A stretch of DNA of 64,000 bases from an uncultured delta proteobacterium (lineage in GTDB: Bacteria > Desulfobacterota > Binatia > Binatales > Binataceae), in contig CAWENP010000001.1 of the NCBI GenBank assembly GCA_963810495.1, positions 72,990-136,989 on the forward strand. Reading direction: 5' to 3'. Under the pieces are notes generated by a model. It ran no database searches, was not told the origin of the DNA, and was given only the letters and a program-made list of their open reading frames with translations. Positions 50,446-60,060 of this stretch are shown in pieces; position 1 is the stretch's first letter; every line of letters begins with the position of its first letter. The translations under genes were made by a program, and so were the position numbers.

Positions 50446-51468
50446 ATGAAGTTCGGTGTGATGTACGACTTTCGTAATCCGAAACAGTGGCGGCGTCCCT
50501 TTCCGGAATTGTACGCAACGATGATCGATCAGGCCGCGATGCTCGACGAACTCGGCTATGACAACGTGTGGCTGACCGAGCATCATTTCGTCGACGACGG
50601 CTACAATCCGGCGGTGCTGCCAACGGCCGCGGCGATCGCCGCGCGCACCAAAAAAATCCGCATCGGGACGTTCGTGCTGCTACTGCCGTTCCATAACCCG
50701 GTGCGCGTCGCCGAAGACGCCACCTGCGTCGACATTATCTCCAACGGACGCTTCGACCTTGGTATCGGACAGGGTTACCGTGCCGAGGAGTTTGCGGCGT
50801 TCAAGCAGCCGCGGCCCGAGCGCTCGGCCCGCCTGGCCGAGGGCGTCGAGCTTATCCGCCGGCTGTGGACCGAGGAGCGGGTCACCTTCGAAGGCAAGTT
50901 CAATCACGTTGAAGCGATGGAGTTATATCCCAAGCCCGTGCAGCAGCCGCACATACCGATCTGGATCGGCGCGCGGACCGACAAGGCCGCCCGCCGCGCC
51001 GCCCGGCTGGGCCATCATCTGCTCGCCACGATCGGGCCCGATCCCGCGATCCCGTATCGCGACGAACTCAAGCTGCTCGGCCGCGACCCGGCGAAATTTT
51101 CGATCGCGCAATTGCGGGTCGTTTACGTCGCCGAATCGGCCGACCGCGCCTGGCGCGACGTCCAGGATCATCTGAACTACATGATGGGCGAGTACGCGAT
51201 GTGGCTGGGCGAAGCCAACGACGTGGCCGGCGACAAGACGGTATGGGAGCTGAAGCGTCCCGAGGACCTGCGCACGTCGCCGTATGCCGAGCACATGATG
51301 GTCGGTACGCCTTCGGAGTGTATCGCGAAGTTCAAGGCCTTCAGCCGCCAGTACGCCTGCACGCATTTCATCATGGCGACGCCGCTGCCCGGGATGGACC
51401 CGGCCAAGGCGCGCCGTTCGCTGGAGATGTTCGCGCGCGAAGTGCGCCCCCATCTGGAGGGACTCTGA
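50446..51468 (+). CDS. LLM-class flavin-dependent oxidoreductase (luciferase-like monooxygenase)
   Basis: MKFGVMYDF...LGYDNVWLTEHHF... Confidence 0.75.
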   Translation: MKFGVMYDFRNPKQWRRPFPELYATMIDQAAMLDELGYDNVWLTEHHFVDDGYNPAVLPTAAAIAARTKKIRIGTFVLLLPFHNPVRVAEDATCVDIISNGRFDLGIGQGYRAEEFAAFKQPRPERSARLAEGVELIRRLWTEERVTFEGKFNHVEAMELYPKPVQQPHIPIWIGARTDKAARRAARLGHHLLATIGPDPAIPYRDELKLLGRDPAKFSIAQLRVVYVAESADRAWRDVQDHLNYMMGEYAMWLGEANDVAGDKTVWELKRPEDLRTSPYAEHMMVGTPSECIAKFKAFSRQYACTHFIMATPLPGMDPAKARRSLEMFAREVRPHLEGL

Positions 51469-51526
51469 TTTCGCCGCTCATGTTGGAAACCGATTTGCCT
51501 CAATTTCAACCCTGACGAGGTACCAG

Positions 51527-52594
51527 ATGGATTTCGGATGTGTGTTCTTCGCCAGCCCCGAGGCTTACAAGGATGCCGCGCTGGCCGAGCGGCTGGGCTT
51601 CTCGCACGGCTGGCTTTACGATTCGCAGATGCTCGGCAGCGACGTGTATGCGGCGCTCGCACTGTGCGCGGTCAATACGCGCCGGCTCATCATCGGCCCG
51701 GGCGTGACCAATCCGCTCTCGCGGATCGCGCCGGTCACCGCCTGCGCGATCGCGACGATCAACGCGCTCGCGCCCGGCCGCGTGGTGCTCGGAATCGGCA
51801 CCGGCAACACGGCCCGGCGCACGCTTGGGATGCCGGCCGCGCGGGTCGACCAGATGCGCGAACATATCGAGATCTGCCGCGGCCTGCTGAAGGGCGAAAC
51901 CGTCCCCTACCAGGAAGGCGAGCGGCATCGGATGATCAAGTTTCTCAATCCCGGCGGCGGCTATATCAACATCCGCAAGAAGGTGCCGATTTACGTCGCC
52001 GCGAGCGGGACGCGCAGTCTGGAGATGGCGGGTGAAATCGCGGACGGCGTGATCCTGTTCGGCGCCGTGGGGCCGAGCCTGATCAACTTCGTGATGGACC
52101 GCGTGCGCGTCGGAGCCGAGCGCGCGGGACGCAAACTCTCGAGCATCTACACGCTCTGCATGACCGCCTTTCATCTGACGCGCCCCGGCCAGAAACTCGA
52201 ATCGACGCAGGTGCGGCGCGCCGTGGGGCCGTTTGTCGCATCATCGTCGAACATCTTCGCGCTGGCCGCGCCCGACAAGAGCGATCTGCCCTCGGACCTG
52301 CGCGACGACATCACCAAGTTCGCCGCCGCCTACAAGGTCGAGAACGAGCCCGCCGAGACGCGCCATCTCAAGCTCTACGCGGGCTACCTGCGCGGCTTCC
52401 GCAAGGAACACGAGGCGCTGGTGACGGAGCGGATGATTCGCGCGACCACGCTTACCGGAACGCGCGAGGAGATCGTCGATTCGATCTGCGCGATGAAGAA
52501 GGCGGGCATCCGCCAGGTCGCGATCCAGCCGATCGTGGACAATCGCACGACGCTGCAGACTTTCTCGCGCGAGATTATCAAGGCGATGCGCTAG
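51527..52594 (+). CDS. LLM-class F420/flavin-dependent oxidoreductase (methylene-H4MPT reductase-like)
   Basis: MDFGCVFFASPEAYKDAALAERLGFSHGWLYDSQML... Confidence 0.75.
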   Translation: MDFGCVFFASPEAYKDAALAERLGFSHGWLYDSQMLGSDVYAALALCAVNTRRLIIGPGVTNPLSRIAPVTACAIATINALAPGRVVLGIGTGNTARRTLGMPAARVDQMREHIEICRGLLKGETVPYQEGERHRMIKFLNPGGGYINIRKKVPIYVAASGTRSLEMAGEIADGVILFGAVGPSLINFVMDRVRVGAERAGRKLSSIYTLCMTAFHLTRPGQKLESTQVRRAVGPFVASSSNIFALAAPDKSDLPSDLRDDITKFAAAYKVENEPAETRHLKLYAGYLRGFRKEHEALVTERMIRATTLTGTREEIVDSICAMKKAGIRQVAIQPIVDNRTTLQTFSREIIKAMR

Positions 52595-52881
52595 TGTAAC
52601 GCCTCATTAATAAGTTGCATAAGAAGACTTGTGATCCTGCGCGAAGGGGCAGCCTCGGTTCAGGATGACGGAGCACGGCCGGTACGAAATGGCCTCCGCC
52701 GGACCGCCGCGGCTCCGACATGCTTTTGCCCCGCAGCGGCAAAAATCTGTCTCTGCGGCGAGTCACCCCACACCTGCGCCCAAATAGAGCCGCTTCTGAA
52801 GTGAGTTTCCCGATTTTGCAGGTCTAGCCCGAGAGCGGTCTGAAAGTTGCTCCTGTTGTGAGACAGGGACGGAATCTCCGT

Positions 52882-54366
52882 ATGCATCGAATATTGATCG
52901 TTGAGGACAATCCGGTCGACCAGCGGCTGTTCGAGCAGGCGCTCAGCGACCCTACGCGCGAAATCGAAATCTGCAGCGACGGGCGCGAGGCGCTGGCCGC
53001 CTTCGAGCGCCGCGCCGCCGACCTGGTGATCTCGGACATCATGATGCCCAACATGGAGGGCAACGAGCTGCTCACCGAGCTGCATCGCCGGGTGCCCGGC
53101 CTGCCGATCATCCTGGTCACCCGCTTCGGCAGTATCTCGGCGGCGGTGTCGGCAATGCAGGCCGGCGCGTTTGACTACGTCACCAAGCCGGTGGAGGTGT
53201 TCGAGTTACAGACCCGGGTGAAGCGGGCGCTCGAGCTGGACCAGCTCCATCACGAAAATGACACTCTGCGCCAGGAGCTCGCCGGGCGCTTCGGCCCCGA
53301 CTCGGTGGTCGCCGAAAGTATCGAGAGCCGCAAGCTGATGGAACTGGTGCGGCGGATCGCGGCCAGCCATTCCACGGTGCTGATCCAGGGTGAGAGCGGC
53401 ACGGGCAAGGAGCTGGTCGCGCGGCTGGTGCATTATTGGAGCGACCGGGTTGGCCGTCCGTTTGTCGCGGTCAATTGCAAGGCCTTCGCCGAGAGCGTGC
53501 TCGAGAGCGAACTGTTCGGCCATGAGAAAGGCGCCTTCACCGGCGCTATCGCGGCGCGCCAGGGATGCTTCGAGCGGGCCTCGGGCGGCACGCTGCTGCT
53601 CGACGAGATCGGGGATATCAGCCCCGAATTCCAAGCCAAGCTGCTGCGCGTGCTGCAGGAGGGCGAAGTGCTGCGGGTCGGCGGTTCCGAGCCGCGGCGG
53701 ATCAACGTGCGCGTGGTGGCGGCGACCAACAGCTCGCTCCAGGACAAGGTCGCGGCGGGCCGCTTTCGCGAGGACCTTTATTTCCGGCTCAACGTCATTC
53801 CGATCCAGCTCCTGCCGCTGCGCGAGCGGCGCGAGGACATCCTGGCGCTGGCGCGCAATTTTCTGGCCCGGATGGCGGCCGAGGCCGGGCGTCATATGAC
53901 GCTCGACTCGGAGGCTGCGGAGATGCTGCTTCGGCACTCGTGGCCAGGCAACGTGCGGGAGCTCGAAAACGCGATCGAACGGGCCGTGGTTCTCACCCGC
54001 GCCGACGCTATCACCGCCGCGGACCTGATGCTTGATCGGGTCGGCGGATCGCCGCCGGCTTCTGCGGCAAGCAGCGTGCCCGCCGACAATTCCGCTCTCG
54101 CGCCGGCGCCGGAGATAAACGAGGCGGACTTGCGGGCTCGCCGCGCGACCGCATTGGAGGAAAGCGGAGACGTCGGGCTTAGCGAATATCTCGACAAGGC
54201 GGCCGGCGAGCGAATCGCGCGCGCGCTGGCCAAGGCCAAGGGCAATCGAGCCGAGGCCGCACGCAGCCTCAGGATCGGCCGCGCGACGCTGTACCGCTTC
54301 ATGCGGCGGCTGGGTAACGAATCCATCGGCGAGCGGCGCGCGCATGAGCCGGGGGAACAGCAATAG
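52882..54366 (+). CDS. sigma-54-dependent response regulator (NtrC family: receiver + AAA+ + HTH)
   Basis: Receiver D residue context (LVISDIMMPNMEG), GESGTGKE Walker A, GAFTGA sigma54-interaction motif, ESELFGHEKGAFTGA, C-terminal HTH. Confidence 0.85.
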   Translation: MHRILIVEDNPVDQRLFEQALSDPTREIEICSDGREALAAFERRAADLVISDIMMPNMEGNELLTELHRRVPGLPIILVTRFGSISAAVSAMQAGAFDYVTKPVEVFELQTRVKRALELDQLHHENDTLRQELAGRFGPDSVVAESIESRKLMELVRRIAASHSTVLIQGESGTGKELVARLVHYWSDRVGRPFVAVNCKAFAESVLESELFGHEKGAFTGAIAARQGCFERASGGTLLLDEIGDISPEFQAKLLRVLQEGEVLRVGGSEPRRINVRVVAATNSSLQDKVAAGRFREDLYFRLNVIPIQLLPLRERREDILALARNFLARMAAEAGRHMTLDSEAAEMLLRHSWPGNVRELENAIERAVVLTRADAITAADLMLDRVGGSPPASAASSVPADNSALAPAPEINEADLRARRATALEESGDVGLSEYLDKAAGERIARALAKAKGNRAEAARSLRIGRATLYRFMRRLGNESIGERRAHEPGEQQ

Positions 54367-54874
54367 CTCGCGCGCGACCTCGGGCGCCACGCCCGAGACA
54401 GGCGAAGAAAAAGTCACGGAGCAAATTACGGAGCAAATTACGGATGACGGCCCTGTCAGCGAAGGCACTGTCAGCCGCGCCCGGATCGATCGCTTGCGCA
54501 ACTCGATGCCCGGCAAGGACGCCCTTATCGACGAGTTGATCGATCTCTTTGTCGCCGACCTGCCCAGACGGCTCGGCGCGATCACACAGGCCATCGAGCG
54601 CGCCGACGCGCCGGCCCTTGCGCTGCAAGCCCATGCGTTGCGCGGCGGCGCGGCCAACTTCGGCGCCGGCCGTCTCGACGAGCTATGCGGCAAGCTCGAA
54701 GAGATCGGAGTGCGCGGCACACTCGCGGAGGCGGCTGCGATGCTCGACGCGCTCGAGCGCGAAAGCGCGCGGGTGCGCGACGCGCTGCTGGCGCTTAGGT
54801 CGCAACATCCCGCTACGCCGCCGGGCGCGCGCCGCGGCGCTCAGAAGTCCAGCGGCAGCTCGAGAAAGTTGTGA
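54344..54874 (+). CDS. Hpt (histidine phosphotransfer) domain protein; start uncertain (possibly the Met at 54506)
   Basis: LQAHALRGGAANFGAGRL is a classic Hpt motif; overlaps the end of the regulator. Confidence 0.5.
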   Translation: MSRGNSNSSRATSGATPETGEEKVTEQITEQITDDGPVSEGTVSRARIDRLRNSMPGKDALIDELIDLFVADLPRRLGAITQAIERADAPALALQAHALRGGAANFGAGRLDELCGKLEEIGVRGTLAEAAAMLDALERESARVRDALLALRSQHPATPPGARRGAQKSSGSSRKL

Positions 54875-55614
54875 TAGATGAAGTCGCGATGCTCGAGCAG
54901 GATGGGCGCGGTGGCGCCCTTGATCGTCGGATCCGTGTTCGTGTACACGCTCCTGAACCCCGGCGCCATTGGACATAGCTCGTCGGGCAGCGGGTTGTTC
55001 ATCGCTGCGAAGGTCGCCCAATAGATGTCGAGCGCGGTGAGCGCGTCGCCGATGAAAAACCGGCTGCCGCGCTTGCGCTGCGCTTCCAGCCGGGCGGTGA
55101 GCGCGTGCAGAATTCCCGCGATCCGCGCCGGTGCGGCCTCGGCTGCCGTCTTGTCATAGCCGTACTTGTTGGCCAGGTAGTTGAAGAGCCGGCGCCCGGC
55201 CTCGTTGGGATTCCCGAGGCCATCGCGGATGATCATCAGCCGCTTCGACCATCCGAATCCGTTCGCGCCGCATATTTCGTTGGCGTAGCCGAACATCAGG
55301 ACGCGATCCTCGAGGTTGGCCGGAACCAGCGGCGGATTGGACTGGAGCCGCTCGGCCAGGTTGAGTTGGTCGTTCCAGAGACTGCGCGGCCATTCTTCGT
55401 TCCAGACCATGACGGGAGCGCTCGCCTGCGCGGTCCACTCCAGCAGCGCGCGATTCTCGCCGCCCAACTCCTGGCGCACCTTCACATAGGGGAGTTTCTT
55501 GACGTGAAGCACGCCCTTGGCCGCCTCGCTCCATGGTCCCGGCACTCCGGGCGTCAGCACCAACCGCAGGCCCGACATCGCACGCGCCCGCTCTACTTCG
55601 ATATATTCCGCCAT
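54841..55614 (-). CDS. glutathione S-transferase-like family protein
   Basis: Thioredoxin-like N-terminus LVLTPGVPGPWSEAAKGVLHVKKLPYVKV; weak. Confidence 0.4.
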   Translation of the reverse strand: MAEYIEVERARAMSGLRLVLTPGVPGPWSEAAKGVLHVKKLPYVKVRQELGGENRALLEWTAQASAPVMVWNEEWPRSLWNDQLNLAERLQSNPPLVPANLEDRVLMFGYANEICGANGFGWSKRLMIIRDGLGNPNEAGRRLFNYLANKYGYDKTAAEAAPARIAGILHALTARLEAQRKRGSRFFIGDALTALDIYWATFAAMNNPLPDELCPMAPGFRSVYTNTDPTIKGATAPILLEHRDFIYHNFLELPLDF

Positions 55615-55793
55615 GACGTCACTCTCCCCTGCATGGATTATGGGCCGGCCGGCGCCTGTCCTCCGCCGATGGCCGGCGGGCGTTACAAAGGCCGCACCTT
55701 CGAATCAAGTTTGTCGCAGAAAAGGGCTCAAAAAGAAAAGCCCTCGAGAGCGTCGCCGCTTTCGAGGGCGCAAACGCAGCCGGCCGCGCTCAG

Positions 55794-56282
55794 CTAGTAG
55801 CTGATCACCATCTGTGCCGAACTCGAGAGCGGCAGGGTCACCGAGGCAAACGGATAAAACGGATGATAGCTATACGCGACACTGACGCTCACCACTTGTC
55901 CGGGTGCGTTATTTCCGGTTGGGCCGGGACATTGGTTGGGCGGAGTTTGGGGATTCCAGCAGGAGGTAACGGTTATCGAGCTGGGATTAAGGCCCTGCGC
56001 TTCGTTGCGCACGTAGGTCTGGATGTCGTCCGAGCTGGCCGGCGACGTGCTCTTGGAGCCGTGGACAATCGCGTAGCGGACGGCGTCGCGCGCGGCGTTG
56101 GAGAGAAAGCTCCAGGTATAAATCGTCATCGCGAAACTGATGATGCCGAATATGAGCGACAGCGCCGGCAGCACCACCATCATGAATTCGGCGAAGGTCT
56201 GTCCGCGCGACCATCCGATCCAGGAGCGTGTCGGACGAACGTGGCGCGACGCACTCCGCAACATTTTATCGTGTGACTTCAC
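55794..56282 (-). CDS. TadE-like pilus assembly protein
   Basis: GQTFAEFMMVVLPALSLIFGIISF N-terminal motif. Confidence 0.65.
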   Translation of the reverse strand: MKSHDKMLRSASRHVRPTRSWIGWSRGQTFAEFMMVVLPALSLIFGIISFAMTIYTWSFLSNAARDAVRYAIVHGSKSTSPASSDDIQTYVRNEAQGLNPSSITVTSCWNPQTPPNQCPGPTGNNAPGQVVSVSVAYSYHPFYPFASVTLPLSSSAQMVISY

Positions 56283-56749
56283 GACGTTCCCTTCTGCGCT
56301 TGCATCACCGCGACGGAACTCAGCGGGATGTTATTGGGGAGGCCCCAGATCAACCCGGTTTGGAAGGTCGCGCTGGTCGTAACCTTGACGAAGACCTTGG
56401 GTTCGGTGCAAGTCGAGGGCGGCGCGGCGCAGGAGACGACACAGGCGGACGCCTGCGCGGGACTGCATTGCGCGCCGTCGCACATGCAGAAGTGCGTCGG
56501 GGTGACCGAGAGCCCGCTGATATTTTTACCGTCGTTGTCCGCGGCCAGAGTCATGCCGGAGTTGTCGATCGCCTTTACGTAGCTCTGCGCTCCGTACTGA
56601 ACCCCGGCCCGCGCGGCGCTGGCAACGCCCATCGCTACGTAAAACACGCGCGCAAACTCACAAACCACGAACAGCAGAACCGCGAGAAATGGCAGCCCTA
56701 AAGCCAACTCGACCGCGCTTTGCCCCCTCGCCATTTTCCGTAAAGTCAT
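56279..56749 (-). CDS. TadE-like pilus assembly protein
   Basis: ARGQSAVELALGLPFLAVLLFVVCEFARVFY N-terminal motif. Confidence 0.65.
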   Translation of the reverse strand: MTLRKMARGQSAVELALGLPFLAVLLFVVCEFARVFYVAMGVASAARAGVQYGAQSYVKAIDNSGMTLAADNDGKNISGLSVTPTHFCMCDGAQCSPAQASACVVSCAAPPSTCTEPKVFVKVTTSATFQTGLIWGLPNNIPLSSVAVMQAQKGTS

Positions 56750-56768
56750 ACCCGTATATTCCTCCCTC

Positions 56769-58055
56769 TTATTCGACCAGCGCCGCGTCCTTGATCAGCG
56801 ACCCGTTGGCAAGACAACTGAAGTTGTTACCGACGGTGGAATTGCCGAGGAAACTCAGCGTATCGGAGACCAGCAGCGTGAACATGTTGGCGGTGGTGTT
56901 CCCGGCGTACGAGAGAGAGGTCGTCGGAAAATAGATCGCACCGCCGAAGGTCGACCCCGCCCCGCCGTTGATTGTGCTTCCGTTGTTGGCCGTCGCCGTT
57001 ATGGAGCGGTCTTGAAAGAACAGCATCCCCGCGATGCTGCCGCCCGAGGAGGTGCATGGCGAACTCAGGTTCACGGTTGCATTGCTGTTGATTGTGAGCC
57101 CGCCATAGCCTGAGTTGCCGTTTCCGTTGGTACCGGTCAGGTAGAAGGTCACATCGCTGCCAGAGACGGTGCCGCTGTTGATTTGAATTCCACCGCCGTC
57201 GATGACGTACAGGCCGCGGCTAAAGGTAACCGTGTTCCCGCCTGTAATCTGGATGCCCCCGCAATACGTTTGGGGGCTTTGGGCTCCACTGAGCTTCTGG
57301 CCGCTAAACTTGGTACAAGGGCTAAACGTCGGAGCCGGAATGTAGGCCAGCGGATCGCCGAACTGCGCGATACCCGTCGAGGGAGGCGAACTGCCGCCGC
57401 CGGCGATGGTCGTTCCACCGACCACACCGACCAGCGGCGCGGTAATGGCTCCCCCGCCGTGAACTATCAGCGCCGAGGAACTATCCGAATTGACGTACAG
57501 GCCGCACGCCGAACTGACGCTCGCGGTACCGCCCACGTCCACCGCTCCCGACACCGACGGATCAAGCGAGTATATGCACGAGCCCGATCCGAGCGTCACC
57601 GCGACCGCGGCGGTGGAAACCGGGACCGCCTGCCATCCGAGCACCTTCATGAAATAAGTGGGCTGGCTCTGCGAGACGTCGACCTCGACCGCGTTGGAAT
57701 TGGCGGCAAAGGGTCCGGACGTGGGAGGATTGTGGACCGCCACGGTTATAGTGTTCGAGGTGCCCGGACGAGTGCCGCCGTCGGCGAAGCCGTTGTGCGA
57801 AGCGGCATCCTTGGCGGCTGCGGTTATGGCGGTGCTGCTGCCCCCGATTGCGATTTCGTCGGCTCCGGCCACCGCCCCTGCGTCCGCCGCGCTTTGCATC
57901 AGCCGCCTGGTGGTCCAAAGGTCTCCGACATCAACCGCCAGGGCGGCCATCCCGAGCAGCACGACAAGAGCGATACTCAGCAGCAGGAATGTCTGGCCGC
58001 AGCGCTGGCGCGCAAGCCGCCGTGGCAGAGATGCAACATCGATGCGCCAAGTCAT
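56769..58055 (-). CDS. TadG-like (Tad N-terminal domain) pilus assembly protein with a long Gly/Ser/Thr-rich beta-repeat body
   Basis: GQTFLLLSIALVVLLGMAALAVDVGDLW...SAADAGAVAGA; ATG at 58055. Confidence 0.65.
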   Translation of the reverse strand: MTWRIDVASLPRRLARQRCGQTFLLLSIALVVLLGMAALAVDVGDLWTTRRLMQSAADAGAVAGADEIAIGGSSTAITAAAKDAASHNGFADGGTRPGTSNTITVAVHNPPTSGPFAANSNAVEVDVSQSQPTYFMKVLGWQAVPVSTAAVAVTLGSGSCIYSLDPSVSGAVDVGGTASVSSACGLYVNSDSSSALIVHGGGAITAPLVGVVGGTTIAGGGSSPPSTGIAQFGDPLAYIPAPTFSPCTKFSGQKLSGAQSPQTYCGGIQITGGNTVTFSRGLYVIDGGGIQINSGTVSGSDVTFYLTGTNGNGNSGYGGLTINSNATVNLSSPCTSSGGSIAGMLFFQDRSITATANNGSTINGGAGSTFGGAIYFPTTSLSYAGNTTANMFTLLVSDTLSFLGNSTVGNNFSCLANGSLIKDAALVE

Positions 58056-58341
58056 GCGTTTCCCCTCCGCTGATCGAAATGATGCGTCGCTAATGCCAAC
58101 GTTAGAAGAGCGTAGCGAATTCGAAAGCCATGTCGCAGACAGTGTTGAGCAAAAACCAAGCCGCGCGCGCCAACGAATCAAAGAGGGTCGAAAAACAGCC
58201 AAAGATTACCTTCAACCTTTTGACGCGCGGCTCCGCTTGTCCTCGGCTTTGGCGAGACCAAACGAATCAATTTGCCTTTTCACCGCATTTGCAGTTATTG
58301 ACGCACAGGCGCGCGAAAACCACCTTCGAGGAGACCGAGCG

Positions 58342-58788
58342 ATGAAGCAGATCATCTACGCGATGCAGTTCAAGGGACAGGGCGGCCCCGGCGGATCGCC
58401 AAATGTGCTCAAGGCTATGACGAGTTCTCCGAGCTGCACGCTCACCACCGTGATCGGTTCCGAAGGTGTGCACGGCAGCGTGCAGCCGGCGGCCGGCGGC
58501 AAGGCGGCGTTCGAGTCGGAAGTGACCGTCACCGGCGAGACGTCATTCCTTGAGTCGGGCAGTATCCGCTTCGGCGACGGCAACCATCGCCTGCGCTTCA
58601 GCACGGTGGGACAGGGTTATCTCGCCGACAGCCCGGAGCCGAAGCTCAAGTCGGGGGCCGTGATGTGGCGGATCGATAGCGGTGAGGGGCAGTTTGCCGG
58701 CGCCAGCGGCTACATCACGTCGAACTTCACGATGGACGAAGCGGGCCACGTGACCGACAACCAGTTCGGCGTGATCTACATCAAATAG
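58342..58788 (+). CDS. hypothetical protein (146 aa)
   Basis: ATG at 58342 with GAGGAG 8 nt upstream; the rest of the 376-aa ORF is antisense to tadG. Confidence 0.4.
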   Translation: MKQIIYAMQFKGQGGPGGSPNVLKAMTSSPSCTLTTVIGSEGVHGSVQPAAGGKAAFESEVTVTGETSFLESGSIRFGDGNHRLRFSTVGQGYLADSPEPKLKSGAVMWRIDSGEGQFAGASGYITSNFTMDEAGHVTDNQFGVIYIK

Positions 58789-58876
58789 AGGAGGGCGCCG
58801 GAACGAATCGCGCCGGCTGGCGCACTCGCATTCACAGATGCGGAAAGGGTACGGAGGATGCTGGTGCCGAGCGCGC

Positions 58877-59935
58877 TCAGTGTTCGAGCAGGCGCGAGAG
58901 CGCGCGGGCGGTATAGTCGACGAGCGGAATGACCCGCTCGTAGTCCATCCGCACCGGACCGACGATCGCGACGCTCCCGAGCGGCATCGCGCCACTCTGG
59001 TAGGACGCCGCGACCACGCTGAGACTCGCCAGGCGCGCGTCGAAATTCTCCGAGCCGATCGACACCGTGAGCCCGCTATGCGCGACGCTGCGCTCGAGCA
59101 GGTCGAGCAGCGCGCTGCGGTCCTCGAGCGCATGGAGCAGTTCGCGCAGCCGGTTATGGTCGGCGAACTCCGGCTGGTCGGCGACCTTGGCGCTGCCTTC
59201 GACATAGACCTCGGACGAGCCGGCGCGCTCGGCCAGCGCGCCGCCGAGCGCCAATGCGGCGCGCATGAAGCGGTCGTAGCGGGCGCGATCCTCGCGCTGG
59301 CGCTCCTCGATCCATTCGCGCGCCTCTTCCAACGTGCGCCCGTGCAGCGCTTCGTTGAGGTAGCGCGCCATGCGGTCGAGTTCCTCCTGGCCGTGGTCGC
59401 TCTCGGTCTGGACCAGCCGGTTATGCACCCCGCCGGCGGCGGCGACGAAAATCGCCAGCACTTCGCGTTCGCGCAAACGCATGAAGCTCACGCGTTCGAA
59501 CTTGATCGACTCCAGCCGCGGCGCCATCACCAGCGCCGCCTGCCCGGTCAGCAGTGCGAGCAGGCGCGAGGTCTCGCGCATCACCTCGCCCAGCTCGCGC
59601 GGCCCAGCCGAATAGCACAGCTCGATTTGCGAGCGGTCCTCGAACCCGATATGCCGCACCGGCATCACGTGGTCAACGTAGTGGCGAAAGGCGCGGTCGG
59701 TCGGGACGCGGCCGGCCGAGGTGTGCGGCTGGCGCAGGTAGCCCGTGCTCTCCAGTTCGGCCATCAGGTTACGGACCATCGCGGCGCGCACGCCGAGCGG
59801 ATAGCGCGCGGCGATCTGCTGCGAGCCGACCGGCTCGGCGGTCGCGATGAACTCCTGCACTGTGGCGAGCAGCACTGAATGCTGGCGGTGGGATAGTTCG
59901 CCCTGTGCCGTTGGAGTTTCCATCGTGTCCGACAA
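58877..59935 (-). CDS. hrcA: heat-inducible transcription repressor HrcA
   Basis: LSHRQHSVLLATVQEFIATAEPVGSQ...RNLMAELESTGYLRQPHTSAGRVPTD. Confidence 0.85.
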   Translation of the reverse strand: MSDTMETPTAQGELSHRQHSVLLATVQEFIATAEPVGSQQIAARYPLGVRAAMVRNLMAELESTGYLRQPHTSAGRVPTDRAFRHYVDHVMPVRHIGFEDRSQIELCYSAGPRELGEVMRETSRLLALLTGQAALVMAPRLESIKFERVSFMRLREREVLAIFVAAAGGVHNRLVQTESDHGQEELDRMARYLNEALHGRTLEEAREWIEERQREDRARYDRFMRAALALGGALAERAGSSEVYVEGSAKVADQPEFADHNRLRELLHALEDRSALLDLLERSVAHSGLTVSIGSENFDARLASLSVVAASYQSGAMPLGSVAIVGPVRMDYERVIPLVDYTARALSRLLEH

Positions 59936-60060
59936 TACTGGTTCGAGCAGAGGGCGCCGCGCAAGGGCTCGGCGCCTTCGCTACTATGCATTTTAGCACA
60001 GCCGAGCCTCCTGATAGGCTCTATCAGTAGGCGCGTCGTGACGCGCCTGCACTCTCTCTG

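Noticed and set aside
52724-52744. Hairpin ttttgcc-ccgcagc-ggcaaaa upstream of the sigma54 regulator as a terminator
   Set aside because: The A/T runs are part of the stem rather than a trailing U-tract, and the element is 130 nt from the upstream gene end, so it is too ambiguous to call.
53206-54720. 504-aa minus-strand ORF
   Set aside because: Antisense to the NtrC-family regulator, which has unmistakable receiver and AAA+ motifs; the minus-strand ORF is compositional noise.
57183-58073. 296-aa plus-strand ORF and the 5' part of ORF 57658..58788
   Set aside because: Antisense to the TadG-like gene; only the last 146 codons (from the ATG at 58342, with an RBS) lie outside tadG and look genuine.
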